A stretch of 64,000 bases of DNA from Salpingoeca rosetta. Lineage: Eukaryota; Protista; Choanoflagellata. The notes below the pieces were generated by a model. It had not been told where the DNA came from, ran no database searches, and saw only the letters and a list, made by a program, of their open reading frames with translations. The stretch's first letter is position 1. Each line of letters opens with the position of its first letter. The DNA lies in NCBI GenBank assembly GCA_033442325.1, contig JAWQFM010000023.1:814410-878409 (forward strand). Reading direction: 5' to 3'. Of the stretch, positions 55,801 to 64,000 are shown piece after piece. The translations under genes and the position numbers were made by a program.

Positions 55801-58800
55801 CACTCCGTGCACTCACGGTCAGAGTCGAGCGTGGGCGCCTGGCTCTGGAAGGTGCCAAACTCGCACTTGCCCACGGCCGTGCACTGCACATCCGTGGTGA
55901 GCGTGGCGTGCGTGGAAATGTACTCTGAGGCCGCGCAACGCGACACGGGCACGCACGTGTCTGAGCCGGCGGGGCGGTAGGTAATGTCCTGGACGCACTT
56001 GCGGCAGAGGCGGTCGTGCTGGCGCGTGGGCTCGCGAATCTCTTCCTCATCCGGGCCGCACTGCGTCACGGGGCGGCACGACTCGGCCTGGCCGTCGACG
56101 GGCTTGAAGGTGGCGCCAAGCTCGCACTGGCTGCACACGCGGTCGCTCGTTGGGGTGGGCTTGGCCGTCTCCTCCTCGCCGGCGTCGCACGTGGTGACGG
56201 GGAGGCAGGGCACGCCCTGGCCAGAGACAGCCTTGTACGTGCCCTCAGGGCACTCGTCGCAGACACGGTCGCTGATGAGCGTCATGGCCTGCACCTCCTC
56301 AAACCCGGGCGCGCACTCTGTGACGTCCTTGCACGTGGTCTGGCCCTCCTCATCCTGGTATGTGATGCCAAAGACGCACGGATGGCACGGCGTGGCGGCG
56401 TCGCTGTCGTGGTCGTGGGTGCCTGCGCGGCAGGTGAAGCTGGAGCAGGAGCCGTGGGAGCCTGCCTCCGTGTAGTGGCCAGCGGGGCACATCTGGCAAC
56501 CCGTGGAGCCGTCGCTGTCCGAGTCGATGGTGCCGGCTGGGCAGTCACGGCACACGCGGTCCGACGAACGGGTTGGCGCAGAGACCTCCTCCTGGCCGCG
56601 CTCGCACTCCTCAATGGGCTCGCACTTGCTGCCGCCAACGGATGGGGAGAACTCCGTCACGCCGTCGCAAGGCAGACAGTCTGCCGAATCGGCGTCGTAG
56701 ACAAGGATGAAGCCAGCGCTGCACTCGCACGTGTCTGTGCAACCCGGGCAGGAACGGCGTGCCTCGTAGGCGTCCATCTGGCGAATGGTGTCGCGGATGC
56801 CATCCTCGCCCTGGCCGGAGCAGCACACGTCAAGCACGACGTCGAGCTGCTCGTCCGTGGGCTCGGCGCACACCATCTCCTCAAATAGCTGCGTGATGAG
56901 CTTGTTGCAGGTGAGCGTGTCACAGGAGCACAGGCGGTCCGTGGTGAGCGTGGGCGGGATGGTCTCGATGAAGGGATCCTCGCACACGCTGGTGGGGAAG
57001 CATGAGGCGCGGTCCGGCAGCGGCTGGTACTCCATGCCGAGGGTGCAGCTCACGCACGCGCGGTCGCGCACGGCGTTGCCAGAAACAGACTCCTTCTGGC
57101 CAGGCTTGCACTCAGTCCAGGGAGAGCAAACGGCGTCGGAGGACGCGGAGCATGGGGTGGAGGCCCAGGTGCCCATGCCACACGAGGTGCATGGCACGCA
57201 GCGGTGGTCCTTGGCGTAGTAGCCGGGAGGGCAATCGGCAATGCACGACTGGCCTTGCTCGTCGACCCAGAGGTTGAGGTTGCCGTCGCACAGGAGGCAG
57301 TTGGTGGCGTCCGGGCCATCACAGTCGGCACACGTGGAGTGGCATTCAGCACACCCGTTGCCGAGCTCATACTCGCCATCGGGGCACTCGCTGATGCAGC
57401 GGCCGTTGCGCAGCTGCAGGTTGGGTCCGCAGGCCGTGCACTCATCGATTGCCGGTCCAGTGCAGCCCTGTTCGAATTGACATGAGGGAATAGAGTGGGT
57501 GGGGGAACGGGTATTGTGGAGGTGAGGCAATGGTAGCACATTTTTGTGAGGTGTTGGGGCAACAAGCACATAGTTATTACACTGAATATCCTACTTGAGA
57601 ACACACACACGTACACGCTCACACACACACACATTCACACACAACACAACGTCTTACGTTGCAGGTGGGGTGGCAGGCGGCGCAGCGGGTGTTTTCGGTG
57701 CCTTCGTTGCCGCCGCAGGTGCCGGCAAGGTACTCGTTAGTGTTACAGGTCGAGGCGTCGGTGCAGTCGGCACAGACACGATCGCGGTTCGCGGCGGGCG
57801 GGGTCAGCTCGTACTGGGTGTTCTCCTCGCAGCGGGTGACGTTGAGGCAGTTGTCCTGGTTAGCCTTTGGCTGGTACGTGACGACGCCAGAGCAGTCGTC
57901 GCACACGCGGTCGGCAAACGTGCTGCCCTCAACGAGAATGTACTCGCCAGGCGAGCAGTCCGTCCACTCCTTGCACGTCGGGTATGCGTGGGACGCGCTG
58001 TCCTGGAAGTAGCCGTCGCGGCACGCCTCGCACACGCGGTCCGTGGAGGTGGTTGGGGCCTGCTTCTCGCGCTCGCCAAGGCCGCACATGGACACGGGCA
58101 TGCAGCCCTCAGCGTTGTCGGTGGTCGAGAACGTCTCGCCGAGCTTGCACGATTTGCACACGGCGTCGGACGTGCGTGTGGCGGGCGTGGCAAGGTACTC
58201 GCCGGGCTCGCACGTGGTCACGCGCGTGCACGAGTCGACAGAGTGCGAGTTGGAGTCCTGGAAGGTGTCGTCGTCACACGGCACGCAGCGGCGGTTGCTG
58301 GAAGTGGTGGGCTCCTCCACCTCCTTCTCGCCGGCGCCGCACAGCGTGTGTGGACGGCACGTCTTCTCGTTCTCTGACTCCGTGTACGTGTTGGGCCCAC
58401 AGGCCTGGCACACGCGGTCCGAGCTGGCTGTTGGGGCGGCCACCTCGCGCGTGCCGGGGCGGCAGTTGGTGACGGGCTTGCAAATCTCCAGGCCCGTGTC
58501 ATCGGCGTAGTTGGTACCGACCTGGCAAGCGCGGCACTTGCGGTCGGAGGTGGGGGTGGGGCCAACGAGCTCAGCCGTGCCGACGGGGCAGTCTGAGACG
58601 GGCCTGCACGTGCGCTGGTTCTCCTTATCCTGGAACGTCTCCGGGGCGTCGCAGCTGACACACGACTGGTCGCGGCGAGCGTTGCCTGTGGTGGAGATGT
58701 GCGTGCCGACGGGACAGGTGGTCCAGGGAATGCACTCGGTCATGTCGTGTCGTTGTCGTCCTGGTACGTGCCGTCGGGGCAAGGGGAGCACTCGCGGTCG

Positions 58801-61800
58801 CTGATGCTGGTGGGCTCCTTGGAGACAAGCTCGCCATCGCCGCACACGGTGAGGTCCACGCACTGGCTCTGCCCGGTCTCGGACTGGTACTGGTTGGGCG
58901 GGCAGGCCTGCTTGTCGTGGGAGCCGCCGAGGCAGTAGTAGCCACGCGGGCACTCGGCAATGCCCGTGCGGGTGGAGATGGTGCCGCCGACGCCGTAGTA
59001 GCCGGGCGGGATCTCCGCGCACTGCGTCTGGCCCTGCTCGGGCTCGTACATGCCGATGCCGCATTCCTGGCAGCTTGGGGAGTTTGTCTCGTCCTGGAAT
59101 GAACCTGCAGCACAGGGCAGGCAGCGCGCGGCGTTCTCCGAATTGGTGAAGGTGCCCGTGCCACAAGCGGAACACTGGCGGTCGGTGGTCAGGGTGGGTT
59201 CGGTTGACACGTACTGGCCGCGCTGGCACACGCTGACAGACTTGCAGAAGAGCTTGCCAGGCTGGTCCTGGTATTCCTTGTCCGCCTCGCATTTGCGGCA
59301 CACGCGGTCGCGAACGCTGTTGGGTGGAGTGTCCTCCTCCTCGCCCTCGTCGCACGTGCTCCACGGGCTGCACTGCGTATCGGTGAAGGTGTTGCCATCG
59401 CAAGGGGTCGAGGCAAACGTGCCGTCATCACAGCTGGTGCAGCGGCGGCAGACGTTGTCGCGCTCGCTGTTGGTGAACTTGAAGTACCCAGTCGGACACT
59501 TGGTCACGCACGAGTTGCCATCAAGGTAGCGATCGCCCTTGCACGAGATGCAGCGGTTCGAACCGGCGCCTGCAGAGGGAGGGTGTGAGTGGTTCAAAAA
59601 AGAGTGTGTGAGCCATGTTGGAGTGGTCGTGTTGGGGCGTGGTGCTTTGTGTGTTGACGTGTGGGGTCATGTGACAAGGATCAGAAATCAAGGAACAAGC
59701 TGGGCGCCGTCAGGAACCCCAGCGCAGAGCAAACAACGCAACAAACACACACCCAAAACGCAGCACAGCAACAACAGGGCACACTTACACACACACACAC
59801 ACGGCACACACACACGCACCGTCGCACTCGGCGCAAGAGGAGTCGCACGGCTTGCAGGTTGCGCCGTCGCGGTATTCGCCTTCGCCGCAGTCAGGGTTGA
59901 CACAGCGGCCGTCCAAAAGGGTGAGGCTTGAGTCGGCGCAAGAGAGGCAGTCGTTCTCCGTTGTTCCGTCACACGTGGCGCACGACGGGTGGCACGACTC
60001 GCACCGCTTGTCGGTGGTGGGACCGCAGGTGCCGACAAGCACCTTGCCGCTGGGGCAGGAGGTGGTGCAAGAGGCGCACACCCTGTTGTTGGAGGGGCTG
60101 GGCGCCGTGGTCTCGTACTGGGTGGAAGAGCACGTGCGCACGGTCTTGCACGAGGACTGGTGCTGTTCGTCCTGGTACTGCGTGACGCCGTTGCAGCGAC
60201 GGCAGGCGCGGTCAGAGGTCGGCGTGGCGGGGCTGGTCTCGATGAAACCGGCACCGCACTGCGTGTGAGGGTCGCACTCGTCACCGCCAGGGCGATCAGA
60301 GAAGGTACCTGGGTGACAGTCGTTGCAGACGCGGTCGTTGGAGCGGGTTGGAGCAACGGCCTGAAACTGGCCCGCCGGGCACTCGGGAGACACAGTCTTG
60401 CAGGACTGGCGGTTGTGGTTTGTCTCATCCTGGTAGGTGGAGCCAAGCGCGCAGGCGCGGCAGTCCACGCCCGAGGTGGACGAGGCGAAGAAGGCGTACT
60501 CGCCAGCATCGCACGTGCCAATGTCCTCGCACTGCTTCGCGTTGACGCCCGAGGAGTATGTGCCTTCCTGGCACTTGCCGCACACGCGGTCGGAGCTGAG
60601 GGTGGGGTCCGCGGCGACAAAGGTACCAGCAGGGCAGTTGCGCACGGGCTTGCAGCTGCCAAAGGTGTGGGAGCTGGCGTCCTGGTACGTGCGGCCCAGA
60701 GAGCACGAGCCGCACACGCGGTCCGTTGTCTGTGACGGGCCACGGCTCACGTACTGGCCAGCACCACACTGGCTTGCGCGCTTGCAGCTGAATAAAGGGG
60801 TTGGTGGAGGGGTTCGGTGGAGGAGGTTGTAGGGTTGTGAGGTTGTGGTGAGTGGAAGCGTAAGGGTACGAAAGCAAAACAAAGGCAGGGGAGACAACAA
60901 CAGCGCACTGCTTGACACTTTGGTGGCTCATGCACACACAGCCATATCACGTTATCTTCAGGGTTCACACAAGTGCACAACAAGTACACACTCACAGTTG
61001 TGGTGCATCCAACGACACTAACTCGTATGCGCGATGAACTTACTCGGATTGGCCGGCCGCGTTCTGGTAGAATTCGCCGTTGCACGCGCGGCGGTTGCAC
61101 GAGCTGCAGGCAAAGCCGGGCTGACAGCGCCTGGGGGCAGACGCGGCAGAGGTGGTGTAGTAGCCGTTGGCGCAGTTGTTGCAGCTGGACGCGCCAGACT
61201 CGGTCTGGTACTTGCCAGCCTCGCAGGACTTGCACGACACCTGGCGGTAGCTGTTCTGGTATGTGCCTGGGGAGCATGCAATGCGGGAGCACGAGCCAGG
61301 GCAGCGGTATCCGGGTTGGCAGCGCGTCTGCGTGCTGGGGCTGCTGCGGTAGTAGCCGGAGGAGCAGTCACGGCACGACGAGCGTCCGGTGTATGGGTTG
61401 TACTGGGAGCTGGGGCAGGTCTCGCAGTCGGCACGGCCATAGTCGTCCTGGAACTTGCCGGCGGGGCAGGAGGAGCACGTTGTGTCCGTATGTGACGAGT
61501 CAGACTGGAACGTGCCAGGGCGGCAGTCGTAGCAGTAGCGGTTGTTGCTGGACCTGAGTTTTGGAGAGCGGGGAGGGAAGAGGTGAGAGGGATTGAGAGT
61601 GTGCGTGTGCGTGTGCGTGTGTGTGTGTGTGTGAATGTGTGTGCGCGCGCGTGTGTGTGTGTGAATAAATGTGTGTTCACGAGGCGGCGCAGCGATGCAC
61701 GGCGAAACGCAGTGCAGTGCACTTCTGCAAGGGAGGCAGGCTCAAGCAGAGGACACGCGTGCGGTTTTGACTCACGAGGCGGCGTATTGGCCACGGCCAC

Positions 61801-63740
61801 ACTTGCGGCTGCTGACGCAATCGTTGCCCCTCTGGTACGAACCACTTGGGCACGTGCACTCGGTACCAGACTGGACCCATCCGCTGTTGTGGAGCGTGTG
61901 GGTGGGCGACGCGGGCGTGAGTATGTCAATAAGTGAGTGGGTGAGTGAGCAGAGGAGGCGCAGACATGTATACACACAAAACCACACACACGCGCGCACA
62001 CACACAACCACACACGTATGCAGGCACGTATTACCTGCGGCAGGAGACGCGGCACTGGTAGAAGCGCCAGCGGCGGTCACGGAAGGTGTAGCTGAAGTCG
62101 GACTGCACACCGCGGATCACATACTTGCTGTTTGCCGTGAAGCTGGTACTGCAAGGGTCAGGCGCAGGCGCGGGCAGGAGGAAGAGGAGGAGGAGGACGG
62201 TCATGCGAGTTGAGTGGAAGAGCTTGTGTCACATGGGATTGTGGGGCAGCGACACAAAGAAGGCGTTCACATGTGCACACATGCATGCACAGTACAAACG
62301 ACAGGCAAGCACAAGCAGCGTGTCTTACGTGGTAGTAGTAGAAGGGGTAGTAGAAGTAGTAGAAGTACTACACCACAAGCAAGCATCGCACAAACGCATG
62401 GTGAGTTGGTCCAGACAGGTCATGAACATTCACACAGCTAAGCGTGTATATGTATGTGTGTGTGGTGAGAACGTATGCCCATGTAGTCATGATCACAGCC
62501 TCCCTTGCACGATTGTCCACCCCCTGCCCCGAACACACATAACCCCATTAACTCCTTACGTAGTAGAAGTAGTATGGGTAGTAGCTGGGCCAGTTGTTGG
62601 TCCATCCACTCCACGAGCAGCTGCTGTGGTACGGGCCGTTGTTGTTCGTTGTTGTTTGTGTGGTCTGCACAGCCAATGCGCCAACGACTGTGTGTGTGTG
62701 TGGGGGGACAGCAGCAGACGATCGTGGTGTGCACGTTAATCAGCATGTGTACAGGGTGCAATGCACAGATGGACCAGCAACTTGGGTCAGCAGTTTGCTG
62801 ACACGCTGATCACATAAGAGCAAGCACACACAGTGACCGAAGCGTGGCTGCAGCAATAACAAGGGATACACAGGTGTACCAAACGGCCCAGACACACACA
62901 CACACACACTCTCTCTCACCGATCGCGGTAGCCATCGGAGTGGCCAGCCTGAATGCGGTAGATGGCCTGACCGTTGGGGCATGTCTTTGTGAACCCGCCA
63001 TAGTAGCTGTTCTCATAGCCACCAAAGCTGCGGTACGTGATGGAGTTGACTGAAGGCAGGAGGGAAAACCAGGTGAGGTAAGAAGGTGGCGTGATGGTGC
63101 GTTCGTATGGAAGCAGGCATGTGGCCGCACCCATGCACACGCACACACAAAGGCACATCTTCGCTGTCATGTCTCACCGTTGGTGCATCGGAAAGAGTAG
63201 CGACGGTCAACTGTCACGCGGATGCACATCAACACACAGAGATACATGTTGGTGAGATGCTGATTCAACAAGCACGCAGGACAAACAAACAAACAGGACG
63301 GCACAATTGCAATCTATCACAACAAGCAAACCCCAAGCAGGCACTTACGACGGCTGTTGCTGAAGACGCCATACCAGCCGTCAAGGACCTGGTTGGAAGG
63401 GCAGGTGAAACTCAGATAGCCACCAAAGTTGTTGGCCCTGTAAACAGACACAAATCATGCACGAGTTTGTTTTGTGTTGGCGTTTGCATGTAAGACAGGG
63501 CAGAAGAAGGAAGGTGAACGTGTGCACTTGTCCAATGTGCAGCAAGCAGTGTGCAGCGGTGGTGTTTGCCATGGGAAAACTGTTCAGGCAGGCAGACTGC
63601 GCCACGGGAACACACGCTGCCAAGACACAGAGGACACTGCTGCAGGCCGATACATGCGTGACCACCACCACCACCACCACCCTCCACGTCAGCACACGCA
63701 CGCACCAGCCATGAAAGCCGGACGGCTGTCCAGTGGCCAC
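52872..63740 (-). CDS. Giant single-pass receptor: dermatopontin-like N-terminus, many furin-like/TNFR/GCC2-GCC3 Cys repeats, SEA-like module, Thr-rich stalk, TM helix, two SH2 domains, no kinase; 5' end beyond the window
   Basis: About 12 exons, the largest 52872-57467. Repeated C..G.Y/F..PT.TSDRVC and CH.TC..C.GP units. TM ILAVIALVALLVLVVAIVLVVW followed by RNRK. SH2 motifs WYVGQMTRAEAE..FVVRES and HGPLARGEAE..FLVRES. Frame breaks at ~58744 and ~62640. Confidence 0.88.
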
Positions 63741-64000
63741 CTACAAACAGCAACAACAAAACCATCGTGCAGACATCATGCAGTCAGAGGGTCGTTTGGG
63801 CTCGGTCAATGCTGTGCCAAAGCAGCGGAGAAGCCACCAAAGGGGGATGATGACGACGGTCACCCCCTTAAACCCAAACAAACGCATTGGTTCCCACGCC
63901 AACAAAAGCAACGCAAACACAGAAAGAAAACACAGCGAAACAACAGCGCGACGCGCCCCACAAACCTCCACCAACAACCACCCGGCACACCCCACACCCA

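Noticed and set aside
63741-63995. Hydrophobic ORF as signal peptide of the receptor
   Set aside because: It ends in a TAG that serves as the splice acceptor of the VATGQPSGFHGW exon. It is probably intronic, and the true start lies beyond the window.

Overview
Eukaryotic, intron-rich, GC-rich DNA with (CA/GT)n and (AAC)n microsatellites in most introns. This composition and the gene content (kinase-less transmembrane SH2 receptor, GoLoco motif, TKL kinase) point to a choanoflagellate, most likely Salpingoeca rosetta (inference). Gene models were spliced by hand from GT..AG boundaries and reading phase. In order: 3' end of a low-complexity GoLoco-motif gene (+); Mediator subunit Med13 (-); a ~21 kb divergent TOR kinase (-); a JmjC dioxygenase (+); an ankyrin-repeat protein with a SOCS-box-like tail (-, spans a 100-N gap); an SGSM/TBC1D15-like Rab-GAP (+); a poorly supported Lys-rich gene (-); a TKL Ser/Thr kinase fused to a PARP-type ADP-ribosyltransferase domain with an intact H-Y-E triad and possible LRR-like N-terminus (+); and a ~2900-aa single-pass receptor (dermatopontin-like, furin/TNFR-like Cys repeats, SEA, TM, two SH2 domains, no kinase) that runs off the window end (-). 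The most notable items are the kinase-PARP fusion, the dermatopontin/SEA/dual-SH2 receptor, and the TOR with altered LST8-binding element and FATC. Family assignments come from motif recognition from memory, not database searches. No tRNA, rRNA, CRISPR array or recognisable transposon was found.
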